Shown here piece after piece: positions 46,901 through 57,074 of a DNA stretch of 64,000 nucleotides; the stretch's first letter is position 1; each line of letters starts with the position of its first letter. This DNA comes from a virus (taxonomy: Duplodnaviria; Caudoviricetes). The notes under the pieces were generated by a model that did no database searches, was not told the origin of the DNA, and saw nothing but the letters and a program-made list of their open reading frames with translations. Made by a program: the position numbers and the translations under genes. The stretch spans positions 44,946 through 108,945 of IMG/VR virus record IMGVR_UViG_3300045594_000145; one strand, 5' to 3'.

Positions 46901-48696
46901 TCAGTGTAACTACAACTGCTTATGATAATTTAGTTAATGCGGCTCAGAAAGCTAATGCAGATACATTTGATTTCTTAACATCTGCTTCTAAGGTTTCTTT
47001 AGATATTTCTAATAAACAGATTGCTCAACTGCAAGAGCAGGCCGATGTCATAAAAGCAACTAGGGACGGTTTTGCTAAGGGGACAGATGAATATTTAAAA
47101 GCTGATCAAACTTATATTCAGCAGATGAATAAGATTGCTTCATTGCAACAGACAGCTGCTGAAAATATTAATAAAACAATTACCAATTTGATTAGGCGCA
47201 ACAATAAAGACCTTGAATCTACTTTCCTCGGTGGGCAAACCGCTGCTAATATCAAACAGACTTTGTCTGACTTAAATGAAGCTCGTAAGAAGTATCTTGC
47301 TCAAGAGAGAAGAATTTATGAGACCATTAAGTTAGAAGAAGATATTACTGCTGATATTGAAAAACATCAAGATAATACGGCTATTCAGAAGAGATTAAAA
47401 GATTTCCAGCAAGCTGAATTAAAATATTTAAATAGTAAGGATAAATTAACTCAATCAGATCTTGATTTAAGTCAAAAGCAATATGAAGTATTAAAAGCTC
47501 AGATTGCTCTTGAAGAAGCACAGGAAGGTAAAGAGTACACTAGAATGTTACAACGTAATAGTTCTGGAAACTATGGTTATATTTCTGTTGCAGATACTTC
47601 AAAGATTGATGCGGCTAAAGAAGCTTACCAGAAATCTATTGATGCTTTATATCAATATGCCTCTGGTCAGTATGATACTTACTTAAAGGATTTAAGTACA
47701 GCTGTTAGCGATTATGAAACTAAGACAAATAAGATAATTACAGAGTATCAAGCTGGCAATATTACGAAAGGAAAGGCTGAAGAGTTATATCAGCAAGCAC
47801 AAGAAGCATTAAAAGCTCAGTACAAAGAAGCTCAAGATGGAATGAAGACAATGGCAACTCAGATGTCTGGGACTACTGAATTGCAGAAGCTTGCTTCTGA
47901 TAAGTTAAGTACCTTGACGACTCAGGCTAGTACCCTTGATAAATTAATCCAAGGCAACGCGGAAGGGTTCGATGATTTATACAAGGAAATGACTGGAAAG
48001 AGTGTCGATGATACTATCTTCTCTGATTTGAATAATACCGCAATTGATTTGACTAAAAATTGGAAAGAATTATTCTCCGTTCTTGGCACAGATCTTAGTA
48101 CGGTAGACTTCAGTAAACTTGATACAAATATCAATACTATTCTTAACTCTATTGATGATTATAATAAGTTATTGAAAGATTGGTCTAATACTGCTGCAAA
48201 TACTGTAAATAGTATTATCAGCACAGACTTAATCAATCAAATCAACACAAACGCTAGTGAAATAAATGCGGCTGCTTCTAAAGAACTTGAATCTGTTGCA
48301 AATACAACAAAAGCTTATGAAGCGCAAAGAGCGGCTATTGAAGAAAGCAATGCATCAATAATGGACATGATAAATGCTCTTGATGCCGCAAGTGCTAAGA
48401 TAGAATCAACCTTCGGAGTAACTAATGGAACGGTTGATACGTCTAACTTAACCTCTGGTATAGCAAATACAGATATTTCTTCTGCTCTCATTCCTACGAC
48501 TGCTAGTGGTTCAGATTCTGCGGCATTGTTCGCAAAAGCTGCTCAGTCAGCTGGCGCAACCGTTACCACAAGTCAAGATCAGTACCACGTTGAGATGGAA
48601 TTCCCAAATGTTACAGATAAGGATGAAATTATTAAAGCATTTGAAGGTATTAATAATTATGTTGATCAATACCTTGCTAATAATAAAAATTCATAA
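40996..48696 (+). CDS. tail tape measure protein
   Basis: 2566 aa, TP901-type core (RESAESVGTSL, LAGTRQANRL), TM segments, extensive coiled coil. Confidence 0.92.
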   Translation: MAVTYENKIKNTIETVETGGAKASQTYQNVADSLQQISNKAKPAQTWLDNLGNTVLNTFRYQVVNKFTDALLSGGEEIVSYLKDVDKELNNIRIVSGQTQAQVESFLSTAQTGATLLGKTTADYLEAAQQYYQQGLSTNEVIARTDATLKAANISGQSVSDTVQQTTAVLNGFNVSSKDINKTLSVMASLGAATASDFEELSTASQKVASAASTAGIPLNNTMAMITTIASVTRESAESVGTSLNAMIGRFNKLTVDEHQKVFSTIETTLRNTNSDVSVFDKTTGQVRDLNSVLTDLAGAWKTLDKNSQEAILTQLAGTRQANRLAALMNNWDDYQKNLKIAAVAEGSLDAQNQVYMQSLEALDNQMKTASMTMWGNLFNTDMLKGWDKGWTNFYTTTGNIIKNIGGLPSILSQLGIALLPILNKLATPIITNLAVKSINTKTTAEGMPIDKTQKGINSLGGIYSDVKLLNDNQLSKLSEGQVTAYNKAVNALSEQVTLKAKLQELEETQKSYNLNDINAAVKKNELIEKELEAEKQKAALKAQIEKSQKNDIAVAKATIKANNDAYNATVKTEAIKNFPELFKGKTKASKLSKESREIIDFADDTSSKRSISSFVDQYDLSSKEKEQLVKEIKNYRAALKAAVKVQEDANSKVKETSAETETLKATLKTLEKNFNNKQNVNSKDFTSLLAAGGDSKNIITQKFNASNAVSLGTLGANETSFSRLETIINKIADGRDLASVLDEFGIKQKDLNGAYSVLLDKTKEVILENGENVKGATEDFKEGNLKNQPEVERLLAMEKAKKKTKTLTAIAATVAGVTTLTSALSSMSEVGATGSQRVQAGIQGIGSSLAAAAAMIPDYGFIISGVIGLITTGLQYFAEVSQLGADDAEKMLNRITAAKKSIEKMTQPLAEERDALSSVSVAADDLAKKYKAQKFTYDQLSESEKTNYDQVAEYVEKYAPQLISYYDKEGKAVLNLNQLYSNSAKTNRNALDEKYLSDAYDVYSSNDIQKQVAGNSAALLGTYQNATSAVIKYKEEISKAISLGDTKNLDTLNDKLAEQQQILATLNSDWDEIVSKPITYGDKSFQSLDDSGQTLMKNLSSFNNFSSLGIGQDEGSISAYTGEIETLSSSLATLGDQANNFLGMDQQLQIDAANIGISYGFTSDQLQKYISGLTEASFLQGTWIDQVKEFADSNYDKKISSLNDQIAALEDKMASNSEQQKSEESMAGFVTTSGDFERQQELEKEANNETIREHQRLTDAKARAVRDQANLDKELLRVYESDARQYANSSNEAYNKVLDDFNEMQSKMADSDDDTKADLQKKSGRLYAILKGDDADYYDHWVSINMAEIGDEAEKTGILASNYSTYNEYMSAVDAEYAKAKIIIANTTGKGILETEQAITNEKYKNLAVQLRNEGNNASAETLIAGSVSDNKILKDNAATTAQLEGLRQTLLARKAHGERVLISTDGVYEQLGNLYNNSMSAIGADVVGFANTGTEQVSIDEALKSIDKAEAAINKKTKETEGNGSLTQEQQDEINAAIAGFQNYADLVKGSTGTESDFNYDTTDFGALAYKDTGGDVVSNTTPDDGSGDRDKTKKTKLTSLKDIKEGKVYDETIDKLKRYDEEIAQVEHDLDILSAKKDHLYGTAYLDNLKKEIDLQQKDLDLSKQRLTAAEAIGAQEKIDLETQAKAHNLALAYSSTGSISNYNDIIQAMEAASKDYQTTIDAKTAQVTALTTQYNAMKAAYDDASDNDAKNAELNASADQMNALADQINAITEEVNASVASQSTYNDWTKSFKDSMDNYEKYAVEEVQKTEKDIQDKISKVLTDKIEAIEYPVTIVTDASEQNEKYLDLLADIAKNKGKVTFSVDETNNFDKLQNTISEINSLLSPSVTGGLKDLLTQSDNLLGKIQDTDLAAAPKDLLDAIRKQEETMISTASNLQSIISSMKDAFQTGVDSAVSTLNDALDKFSVTTTAYDNLVNAAQKANADTFDFLTSASKVSLDISNKQIAQLQEQADVIKATRDGFAKGTDEYLKADQTYIQQMNKIASLQQTAAENINKTITNLIRRNNKDLESTFLGGQTAANIKQTLSDLNEARKKYLAQERRIYETIKLEEDITADIEKHQDNTAIQKRLKDFQQAELKYLNSKDKLTQSDLDLSQKQYEVLKAQIALEEAQEGKEYTRMLQRNSSGNYGYISVADTSKIDAAKEAYQKSIDALYQYASGQYDTYLKDLSTAVSDYETKTNKIITEYQAGNITKGKAEELYQQAQEALKAQYKEAQDGMKTMATQMSGTTELQKLASDKLSTLTTQASTLDKLIQGNAEGFDDLYKEMTGKSVDDTIFSDLNNTAIDLTKNWKELFSVLGTDLSTVDFSKLDTNINTILNSIDDYNKLLKDWSNTAANTVNSIISTDLINQINTNASEINAAASKELESVANTTKAYEAQRAAIEESNASIMDMINALDAASAKIESTFGVTNGTVDTSNLTSGIANTDISSALIPTTASGSDSAALFAKAAQSAGATVTTSQDQYHVEMEFPNVTDKDEIIKAFEGINNYVDQYLANNKNS

Positions 48697-48697
48697 T

Positions 48698-48730
48698 AAA
48701 AACCTCAGACCTAAAAGTCTGAGGTTTTTT
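48698..48730. terminator. bidirectional terminator between the convergent arms
   Basis: AAAAACCTCAGAC...GTCTGAGGTTTTT. Confidence 0.85.
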
Positions 48731-51029
48731 ATTGTTCAAGTTGAGGGGCTTCTGTCAAAGATACTGTCATAATTGATGTTTCATCTATATTGTATGAAAT
48801 CTTGTTGATTAAATAGAAACCTTGTATAGATGCGGGCTGATAGAATATTTTTGCTCGATTGTTTACGTCTAGCCAATAATATGGTAAGGTTGTAATTGAA
48901 ACCTGTGTGTTATATCCAGTCTTATCATATAGAAGTTCTCTAACCGCAGAGAAGGCATCATTATAGATTGAGCCATAATTAGTATATTTAACTTCTTTAG
49001 TATATCCATCTATACCGTCTCCATTACTCGAACTTATATCGAAAGTGTGAGCAGCATTAAACCAATATTTCTGGTAAGAAGTATCTTCAGTAGCATTCTT
49101 GATAGTATCTGTAACTAAGAAATAATCACTTATTGTTGTCGGCATTAAGGCTTTAATTGATTGATCCGTTTTAGAAAAAGTTCTTCTTCCAATTGAACTG
49201 ACGCTAAATTGTTTCAAAGAAGAATCTGCATCTAATATCTCAAAGTTATAGTTAAATATCTTCTTATCTGTTATTGGATTCCAGTTAGCATCATAATATT
49301 CATTTTTCCAGAGCGTTGATAGTTCATCATAATAGTCTGGTAGTTGTTTAGAATGGACAATATCCACCTTTGTCATTGTTCCCGCATTGTAGGTGTAATA
49401 TCCAGCACTTGTCCCACTAATAAACATACAGAGCGTAAAGGAGCCTTCTCCAAAAAGATTAAGATTATTTTGTATGAAAGCACTTGCCTTGGACACTTCA
49501 TATGCTCTTCCGACAAATTTATATGTGCCACTATTATAGTTATGAACAATAAATTCTCGATAGTCCATTTCAGTAAAACTACCATCCTGCGCGACTACAT
49601 ATGCTTTTGAAGTTGGCTTAGAGTCTATTACCACATGATAGCCAATGAAAGTTCCATTTACTGTATTTGATACAAGAATATCATTCTTAATGTTGGTGTA
49701 GTCTATGGTATTATTATAAGATATATTATTCGCGTCAGAAGAAAAATCAATGGCAACCGCAGATTGATTATATTTTTTTAAATAGTCAGATTCTTTTAGC
49801 TCTTTAATGTCTGGTGTCCTATTGTATTTGTAATTTTTAATCTCTTCAAAGTGGAAGTAACCATTAACGTCATAATAATATTGGTAGTTTCCGCCAAGAG
49901 CAGAATTACAATTATCATAAACCTTTGAGACGGCTTCGCCAGCATTTAAGGTCATTTTATCTGGATAGGTATATTTTATCATCTTATATCCTATTGTATC
50001 TTCTCCGAAAGTTTTAGAAGAACCGTTCATCATAGTTAAAGTTGTTCCCTTAGGGATAAGAACTGGACATTTAATGAAATCTGGAACATCGCTAATAATA
50101 ACTTTGCCCGGCGCCTCTCCTCCAAACGCGGTTGCCGCATAATATATTATATCTCTTATTTTTAATTTATTTTCATAAAGACTAGAAATAAGAGAACTTA
50201 ATATAGTCCCGCAAGTTGTTTTTGCAGACTCATAGTCGGCAGAAAGAGTAGCTGTGCTTATTGTATTTAAACTTTGGAGTAAACTATATACAGCAGAATT
50301 ATCTAAATTCCATATTTCAGAATAAGTGGTATTATTAAGGTATTGACTCTTAATATTATTTACTGTTTCTACTCTGTTTAAGAAAGTCATTGAATTATAT
50401 AAACTGCTAATTCCATCAATTAAATTATGAGTCGTTGAATTAAGAGAACTTGAATCAATCATTTCTGCATCAAATCTAGTTGGTCTATCAATCATTCCAC
50501 CGACTGTCCCATTATGTAAACAACCTTTATCCTGAAGGGCAATTGAAATTTGTTGAGCAGATGTTGAAAGAGTAACTGTTGGTTTTGTTATTATATATAT
50601 ACCAAGATTGTACCAGATAAAATCTTCATCATGCTCTCTTGACCATGAACCAGAAGATTCTTGTACAATAGGATATTCTTTCATTAAGTCTTTAACCTCA
50701 ATAAAAATTTTAACTTTCTTATTAAGAGATAATTTATTTGCGGGATCTGTCAAATGATAATTATCTTTGATAAAATTCTTTTGTAGAGAACCAGTTATCC
50801 GATTATATTTACCGACATAATTATCCTCAGTTTTAGTGATATTAATAATTAAATTTAAAGTTCTTCTAATCGCACTATTCCCATCAAGGGAGATATTGCC
50901 ACTGACAACATCTCCCTCTAAGGAATCAATCTTTCTTTCTTGATTCCAATCTAATATATCAATCTTAACTCTAGTTTCTCTTATTTTAGACTGAAGGACT
51001 TCATTTATTTTTGCATCATAATCTGACAT
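48729..51029 (-). CDS. tail tip/baseplate hub protein (DUF5048-like)
   Basis: GNISLDGNSAIRRT, YYYDVNGYFHF, PYYWLDVN. Confidence 0.7.
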   Translation of the reverse strand: MSDYDAKINEVLQSKIRETRVKIDILDWNQERKIDSLEGDVVSGNISLDGNSAIRRTLNLIINITKTEDNYVGKYNRITGSLQKNFIKDNYHLTDPANKLSLNKKVKIFIEVKDLMKEYPIVQESSGSWSREHDEDFIWYNLGIYIITKPTVTLSTSAQQISIALQDKGCLHNGTVGGMIDRPTRFDAEMIDSSSLNSTTHNLIDGISSLYNSMTFLNRVETVNNIKSQYLNNTTYSEIWNLDNSAVYSLLQSLNTISTATLSADYESAKTTCGTILSSLISSLYENKLKIRDIIYYAATAFGGEAPGKVIISDVPDFIKCPVLIPKGTTLTMMNGSSKTFGEDTIGYKMIKYTYPDKMTLNAGEAVSKVYDNCNSALGGNYQYYYDVNGYFHFEEIKNYKYNRTPDIKELKESDYLKKYNQSAVAIDFSSDANNISYNNTIDYTNIKNDILVSNTVNGTFIGYHVVIDSKPTSKAYVVAQDGSFTEMDYREFIVHNYNSGTYKFVGRAYEVSKASAFIQNNLNLFGEGSFTLCMFISGTSAGYYTYNAGTMTKVDIVHSKQLPDYYDELSTLWKNEYYDANWNPITDKKIFNYNFEILDADSSLKQFSVSSIGRRTFSKTDQSIKALMPTTISDYFLVTDTIKNATEDTSYQKYWFNAAHTFDISSSNGDGIDGYTKEVKYTNYGSIYNDAFSAVRELLYDKTGYNTQVSITTLPYYWLDVNNRAKIFYQPASIQGFYLINKISYNIDETSIMTVSLTEAPQLEQ

Positions 51030-51040
51030 AAAATCCTCCC

Positions 51041-52177
51041 TTACATGTCTTCGTAATAGTTTTTATCAACAATTTTAAAATAATCTAGCACATCTTCAGT
51101 TACTTTTCCAATTTCGGTAACCTGCGCAGAGAAATCTGCAACATATCTATCTAAATTATCTTTTGGCGTTACTTGGATTTTACTTAATTTTACAAACATC
51201 AATCCTTCTGTTGGAGATTTAAACAGTTTTGGTCTACCATCATTCAGAATATCCATAGCGTGTTCTCGTATAAGTCTTTCTTGATGCAAATCTACTAACA
51301 TACTATTACTAATATTTTCTGGCGACTGACCAAGTTTGCTATTATAGATAGATTCAATTCTGTCTTTTATTTCCGCGGGAATTGTTTGACTTGCTCTTGT
51401 TGCAATACCTAAAGAACCATCTATGTCCGTTTGACTAGAAATTGTTCCGGTTAAGGTAAAAGAGCGGTAGTTTAAATCTGAAAATCTATTCACGGTGGCA
51501 TATGTCGCGCCAATTGGTTCAATAACGCCATCTTTACTATTATAGGTAATTGAAGAAATTTTTGAATTTAAAATTGCAAAATGAGTGTGTGGATCAGAAA
51601 TTATCCAATCATAATCATAAGTATTTAATGCTTCTTTTGTCTTATAAATTCGCCCGTAGTTTTGTGCTTTAGTTACGGCCCGAATTGAATAGAAGTAAAC
51701 CGCATGACTATCAATTAAATAGTCTCTTGTTGAATATTTTGTTTGACCATCAATCCAATTTACGATAGCAATTTCATGATAATTTTTATAATTGTCTTCT
51801 GGGCCGAGTCTCAAAACAGAGATATACTGTAAGTCAGTCATTGCCGGAATATTACCAGCGCTTAGGGTACCAGCTAACTGTGCATTAATGATCGTTGAAC
51901 CATGTTCCAAAGAATCAAAACCAGAAATCATATCATAATTACTAATGGCAGCATCTTTAAGTGAAATAACTGTTTCTGTCGGAGTCGTTAATTTTGTTCC
52001 TGCGGTATCATATTCCGCAAGATAAGTATCTCCATCATTAATCTTTAAATCATTAATTATATTATTTGTTTTTGTCCCATTAATTTCAAAATAATTTAAT
52101 GGAACAATTTTAGGGAGTGGGACTAATGTAAAAGTATCTAAAATAACATCTTCTGTTGTTTTCTCTTCAAATAACAT
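51041..52177 (-). CDS. putative distal tail / baseplate protein
   Basis: YRSFTLTGTIS, DGRPKLFKSPTEG motif. Confidence 0.6.
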   Translation of the reverse strand: MLFEEKTTEDVILDTFTLVPLPKIVPLNYFEINGTKTNNIINDLKINDGDTYLAEYDTAGTKLTTPTETVISLKDAAISNYDMISGFDSLEHGSTIINAQLAGTLSAGNIPAMTDLQYISVLRLGPEDNYKNYHEIAIVNWIDGQTKYSTRDYLIDSHAVYFYSIRAVTKAQNYGRIYKTKEALNTYDYDWIISDPHTHFAILNSKISSITYNSKDGVIEPIGATYATVNRFSDLNYRSFTLTGTISSQTDIDGSLGIATRASQTIPAEIKDRIESIYNSKLGQSPENISNSMLVDLHQERLIREHAMDILNDGRPKLFKSPTEGLMFVKLSKIQVTPKDNLDRYVADFSAQVTEIGKVTEDVLDYFKIVDKNYYEDM

Positions 52178-52896
52178 TAGTCACTCACCTCTCTTATCTT
52201 ATGCACTTTCTTATTTGATGGGACTAATTTTGTGTTAGTTTTTGGTGCAGAAAGATACCTTACTGCAACTTGACTAGTTTGTCTATCCCTTGCCGCAGAG
52301 TAAAAATTAGAGAAATTTTCTGGCATATTGAAAGAAATGTCTATACTTTTTGCATCAAGAAGAGCTGGACTTGTTGGCGTGAGAACGTTTAATTGATTAT
52401 TTTTTATAATTAATAGACGTTTATTTGATTGATTTGGACAATTATTATCAACATAAACACTTTTTAATGTATTTAATAAGATAATTATATCCAGATTAAA
52501 CTCTGAAACTAACATGTTATAAGCAAGAAAGAAATCATTGAAATCAATATTAATTGAACCATTGGATGCTAAATAGTTTTTATAACTTTTTTGAATATTG
52601 TCGCAAAGAGAATTATATAATTTTGCACCAAAAATTAGATCAGAGTTGCTTAAATAAGTTCCACTTGATTCTACTCCGCTATATTTCTCACTTAAGTATG
52701 TCGCCCAGTTTGTTACAGTATTTTTGTCCTCTTGGGCAACTGGTATAGTTGTTAAATATGAATATACTTTTTCGATAGCTAAATTTTGTTCTACCTCAGA
52801 AGCCACGGATGTTATCTTCATTGCTTCCTTGCAGTTTGCCGCCGCAGTTGCAATATCTGGTAGATTTGAAATTGGATCAATTAAATTTATACTCAT
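52177..52896 (-). CDS. hypothetical tail-module protein
   Basis: Coupled ORF in the operon. Confidence 0.65.
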   Translation of the reverse strand: MSINLIDPISNLPDIATAAANCKEAMKITSVASEVEQNLAIEKVYSYLTTIPVAQEDKNTVTNWATYLSEKYSGVESSGTYLSNSDLIFGAKLYNSLCDNIQKSYKNYLASNGSINIDFNDFFLAYNMLVSEFNLDIIILLNTLKSVYVDNNCPNQSNKRLLIIKNNQLNVLTPTSPALLDAKSIDISFNMPENFSNFYSAARDRQTSQVAVRYLSAPKTNTKLVPSNKKVHKIREVSD

Positions 52897-53543
52897 TTAG
52901 AAAGAACTATAACTGAAGGTTTTTTTGTGTAAGACGCGGCAGCATCTTTAGCAGTTGTCCCAAGATCAGTTGTTTCAGTAATTGAATCTGTGAAAGTTGT
53001 TATAATAACGGCATTACCCGCAGCAAAGTTGTCTATTGCGGCTCTTACATCTGGGGCAAAATAACTTTCATCAATCGTCCCCGTCGGAAAGAAAGTACCA
53101 CTCGCGAAATTCGCGTTTAAAGGAGTAATTAAATCCGTATTAATAGAATCAATTATTGCCTGTAATGATTCTCCAAGTTTAACATAATACCCCTTAGAAT
53201 TTGCATCTGTAGAATATAGTTCATCTTGAAGAGTTTCTTTTAAGAAGTCTTTTACGCTAATTTCTCCGTCTCGCAACTTAGTATAATCATCTGCGGTTAA
53301 AACATAATCTTTAATTTTTGCAAGAGCCGTGGCATAATCTTCTGCGGTAGTAGTACCTGCAAGATAACCTTTTAACTTATTGTAATAATCTAATAGATTA
53401 TCTTTATCAGCAGATTGTGCAGAGTTAATATCAACAGTCTTTAGAGAAATATTCTCCATATCATATTCAGTTTTTGTAATAGCTGTGCTGAAAGATGGCT
53501 GAGAATCTATCTCTCCGACTTTAATTGTTCCTATTGTTGTCAT
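52893..53543 (-). CDS. hypothetical tail-module protein
   Basis: Coupled ORF, AAGGAG RBS. Confidence 0.65.
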   Translation of the reverse strand: MTTIGTIKVGEIDSQPSFSTAITKTEYDMENISLKTVDINSAQSADKDNLLDYYNKLKGYLAGTTTAEDYATALAKIKDYVLTADDYTKLRDGEISVKDFLKETLQDELYSTDANSKGYYVKLGESLQAIIDSINTDLITPLNANFASGTFFPTGTIDESYFAPDVRAAIDNFAAGNAVIITTFTDSITETTDLGTTAKDAAASYTKKPSVIVLSK

Positions 53544-53555
53544 TTACTTTCTCCT

Positions 53556-55088
53556 TTATGAAAAATTATTTACAATCCACTTGGTCGCACCAGTTGCTGC
53601 TTCGAAAGTTAAGTCTCCCTTTAAGGCGTTTTTCTTTAAAACAAAGAATAATTCACCAGCAGAAAAATTTACCTTTAGGGTATAATTATTTATTAAACCG
53701 TAGAGCGTCTCTTGAATTAGAAGATATTGATTATTAATATCTTTTTGATAGGCGCCGACCTTAATGTCTAAAGCGTTATCTGAAATTTTTGTCTCGGTAA
53801 CCGCATTAATTTGATTAGAAGTTTGATCTGTATTTTTTGTTCCAGCAGTATTATTAATTCTAAACAGTAAATTATTATCTGCTAAAGCATCTTCTTTCGT
53901 TGTAGAAATTTTTATATTTGTTATCGCCAAAAGAATGGATACAGTATCGTTATTTGAAGTCTGAAATTTACTAGTCTTTTTATCCATATCATAATCTGGA
54001 ATAAGTTTTGCAGAAGTTATAGTTGAGTTTAATGGAACTAACCTTAGGTGAGTTTGCGCGGCTTCGGGCGCAAATGTAGCCATAGACGCATCCTTTAAGA
54101 AGTATTGGCTTACCTCTGTATCTGAGATATAATTATTAGAGTTAACTACGGTGTCATTAGTATGTCTAACAAATCTTTCTTTTGCTTCAATCGTAATAGC
54201 ATTGTAGGCTTCTTCATCATTGGACTGAACATTGAATATATCATATGTTCTCTGATAAGGAACGGCAACTTCAATCTTCTTTACGAGAGTATCTTCATAA
54301 CCATAGTTAGTTGAAATATGAAATGCAAGATTGTAAGGATTAGAAATTCCATTCTCAGTCGTATTTTCTAGAGGAGTTCTAAATCTATATTGATAATTTG
54401 GAAGTTCATATGCACCGACTGTTATATCATAACTATCTTCAATAATCTCATTATTTCTTGAAAGAGTAAATCTATACTGATTGACTACTTCATCGTTGTT
54501 TGTTGGGCCAGTGGCAGAATATGTTCCATTCCATAGAATTGAAGTTTGCGTGACTGGCGAAGTTACATCGGGTGTTATTCCCAAAACGATACCATTATTT
54601 ACTCTTATTATTGCAGCATTAGACCACTCAGAGACTTCATCTGGAGAAGTTTTTCCAAGTCTACATTGTAACTTAAAGTTTGTTGGGCTTGGCTCATTGC
54701 TAGTATAGATATTAAAAATTGAAGCAGTGCCATCTTCTGTCGCACTTGAATCAAAGGGGTTTAGATGAATGGTCAATCGCGAATCGTTTGATGATGTCGC
54801 GGAGGTTTTTTCAAAAGAACCAAATTTTGAAGAAGGCGTAACGGTGTTTTTAAATATTTTTGCAAAATAGTTTGATTGATCGAGAGTTTTTACCCACGCA
54901 TTACTTGGGTTAAAACCTTCATCATTACTACTTGCCATGACCGCCCGCAATTCAATATAATCAAAAGAATCGTAGTCGTTAATGACGGACATTTTTATTA
55001 TAAAATCATATTTTAATTTAAAATAAGGAAAACTTGGATAAGAGTATTCAAGAATAGGTGGCATTATTGTTGTACTTGTTGTTGTCAT
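53556..55088 (-). CDS. putative baseplate/tail structural protein (Fn3/Ig-like)
   Basis: N-terminal PP..P.F motif, SEWS, beta-rich. Confidence 0.6.
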   Translation of the reverse strand: MTTTSTTIMPPILEYSYPSFPYFKLKYDFIIKMSVINDYDSFDYIELRAVMASSNDEGFNPSNAWVKTLDQSNYFAKIFKNTVTPSSKFGSFEKTSATSSNDSRLTIHLNPFDSSATEDGTASIFNIYTSNEPSPTNFKLQCRLGKTSPDEVSEWSNAAIIRVNNGIVLGITPDVTSPVTQTSILWNGTYSATGPTNNDEVVNQYRFTLSRNNEIIEDSYDITVGAYELPNYQYRFRTPLENTTENGISNPYNLAFHISTNYGYEDTLVKKIEVAVPYQRTYDIFNVQSNDEEAYNAITIEAKERFVRHTNDTVVNSNNYISDTEVSQYFLKDASMATFAPEAAQTHLRLVPLNSTITSAKLIPDYDMDKKTSKFQTSNNDTVSILLAITNIKISTTKEDALADNNLLFRINNTAGTKNTDQTSNQINAVTETKISDNALDIKVGAYQKDINNQYLLIQETLYGLINNYTLKVNFSAGELFFVLKKNALKGDLTFEAATGATKWIVNNFS

Positions 55089-55099
55089 ATTTCCTCCTA

Positions 55100-57061
55100 T
55101 TACTTAATTACTTTTACGCCTGGTTTCTTTAATTCTAATCCTAAAGGATAAGTTGAATTGATTAAGTATATTTTATATCTATTGAAAGTACCTGCAGCTT
55201 CACCATCTTTATGTAGTTTTAACCATACATCTGCTTCAGTCTTAACAGCGATAGTATACGTATTAATATCTTCTGGCTTGTAAGTAAAACCATTCTTTGG
55301 GGTTACTTCAAGGGTATAAACTGTCTCAGGTGTTAAAGAATAGTCTTTCTGAAAATCTATTGAAAGGGCTTGAGTTTGTGTTGTGACCCAAGTTTTAGAA
55401 GCGTCTTTCAAAGTATATCCATAAGTAAGTCCAACTGAATAGCCTGTTTCAGAAATAGGATTCCATTTTACTTTAAAGCCATGCGCCGTTGGTTTACCAA
55501 TTACTTGTATTTCATTTGCATCTAATTTAGGTGACAAAGGATAAGTTTTCTCTTCGTACTGTCGATATGATTTATTTCCATTTGCATCTATGATAGTTAT
55601 AATAATAGTGTACCAATGATTTGGAAGTAAATTAACGTAATCATTTGAAATATTTCCTTGACCGATTGGCGCAGAAGTTTCTTTGCTAAAAATCTTAGTT
55701 GTTCCGCTTAAAACTTCTTCAATAATTTTGCCTGTGCTAAATAATTCATAGCTTATGCCAGATATTTTTATATCATAGATGTAAGGTACAATTTCTACAG
55801 CGCTAGTCATTGATGGAACAGTTTGTGAACCACAAACGATTGACGCACAGTCTTGAACAGTAATTTGCCTATCACTATCAACCGCAGTAACTTTCAGAGT
55901 ATAATAAACTCCTGCGGCTCCCGTATAAGTTGTCTGATATGAAGCCAGATATTTAGTTGAGCTAAAGACTTGCTTATCTCCATTTGAACCAGTTAGTGTT
56001 AGAGTATATTTATAAGCATTTTGACAGCCAACCGTATTTCTGATCCCTGCAGTTAAAGTCATGGCTGTACCGACGGTTGTATTTGCTAGATTAGCCTGAA
56101 TAATTGGTAATCTATATTTAGTTGTTATTGTGAACGTAGGTGAAGTTATTGTGTAAGGAGTTTCTTGATTTCCTAACCAATAAGTTCCTTTACGGAGAAT
56201 ACTTATTACATAAGTGGTATGATAATTTAGTCCAGTAATTTCTCCAGAAGAATTTAATGATACTGGATTCCCACCACCGATTGAAAAGAATCGTCTTTCA
56301 TTATTTACATCTTTAAGATATGCGGGTAGGTTATTAATCTTAGCAAAGGTTTGTCCGACAGTTACATCAAAAGTTCTCCAACTAGTGTCTAATCTGCCAT
56401 CGGTATGAAATTTAATTGTTGGATTTTTTGGGTCAGGAGTTGGAAGATTATTATTTAAATTCCAAATGCCATGCGTTCCAAATTCATAGGCGGTGTTAGG
56501 AGTTAGTCCAGTGATTGGCACATCTACATGACTATTATAATCTCTAATATAATAAAGATTATTATTAAAGACAACTCGGCAAGGATAATTATTGGTTATT
56601 CTTATTGTTGCGTCATATGGAGTATTCTTAATAAGTTGTAAGCTAACAGTTGCATAACTTCTGTCTATCTGGGGTAAGTTCCATGCGACATATTCACTAT
56701 CAACGTCATTATGATACAGAAGAGTTGAGTTAAAATTAATAGGAATTGCGCTATTACCATTCCCATCATGACCAATATTAAAACTACCAGAGTCTAAAAC
56801 TACACTCTGCCAACCGCCAAGAATTCCTCCAATAGAGTGCCAGCCAATACTTGAACTAGCCCACCCCCCCATTGACATATCCCAACTACCCATAATCCAG
56901 TTGCGGTATCCGGGGGGACGTTCGGGGAAATTTCCTGCAATTCTTACTGCCCAATTTACCGTACTATAGTTCCCGGCAATATTTTCGCTAGAAGAGTAGT
57001 CTAAGACTAAATTACAGTCAAAACCTCCACCAGTATAATGATATCCCCAAATAGTTCCCAT
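55100..57061 (-). CDS. minor tail protein with DUF859-like N-terminus and fibronectin-III repeats
   Basis: NIAGNYSTVNW...HDGNG...LPQIDR; GLTPNTAY and LTPETVY Fn3 motifs. Confidence 0.65.
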   Translation of the reverse strand: MGTIWGYHYTGGGFDCNLVLDYSSSENIAGNYSTVNWAVRIAGNFPERPPGYRNWIMGSWDMSMGGWASSSIGWHSIGGILGGWQSVVLDSGSFNIGHDGNGNSAIPINFNSTLLYHNDVDSEYVAWNLPQIDRSYATVSLQLIKNTPYDATIRITNNYPCRVVFNNNLYYIRDYNSHVDVPITGLTPNTAYEFGTHGIWNLNNNLPTPDPKNPTIKFHTDGRLDTSWRTFDVTVGQTFAKINNLPAYLKDVNNERRFFSIGGGNPVSLNSSGEITGLNYHTTYVISILRKGTYWLGNQETPYTITSPTFTITTKYRLPIIQANLANTTVGTAMTLTAGIRNTVGCQNAYKYTLTLTGSNGDKQVFSSTKYLASYQTTYTGAAGVYYTLKVTAVDSDRQITVQDCASIVCGSQTVPSMTSAVEIVPYIYDIKISGISYELFSTGKIIEEVLSGTTKIFSKETSAPIGQGNISNDYVNLLPNHWYTIIITIIDANGNKSYRQYEEKTYPLSPKLDANEIQVIGKPTAHGFKVKWNPISETGYSVGLTYGYTLKDASKTWVTTQTQALSIDFQKDYSLTPETVYTLEVTPKNGFTYKPEDINTYTIAVKTEADVWLKLHKDGEAAGTFNRYKIYLINSTYPLGLELKKPGVKVIK

Positions 57062-57074
57062 ATTTTAACTCTCC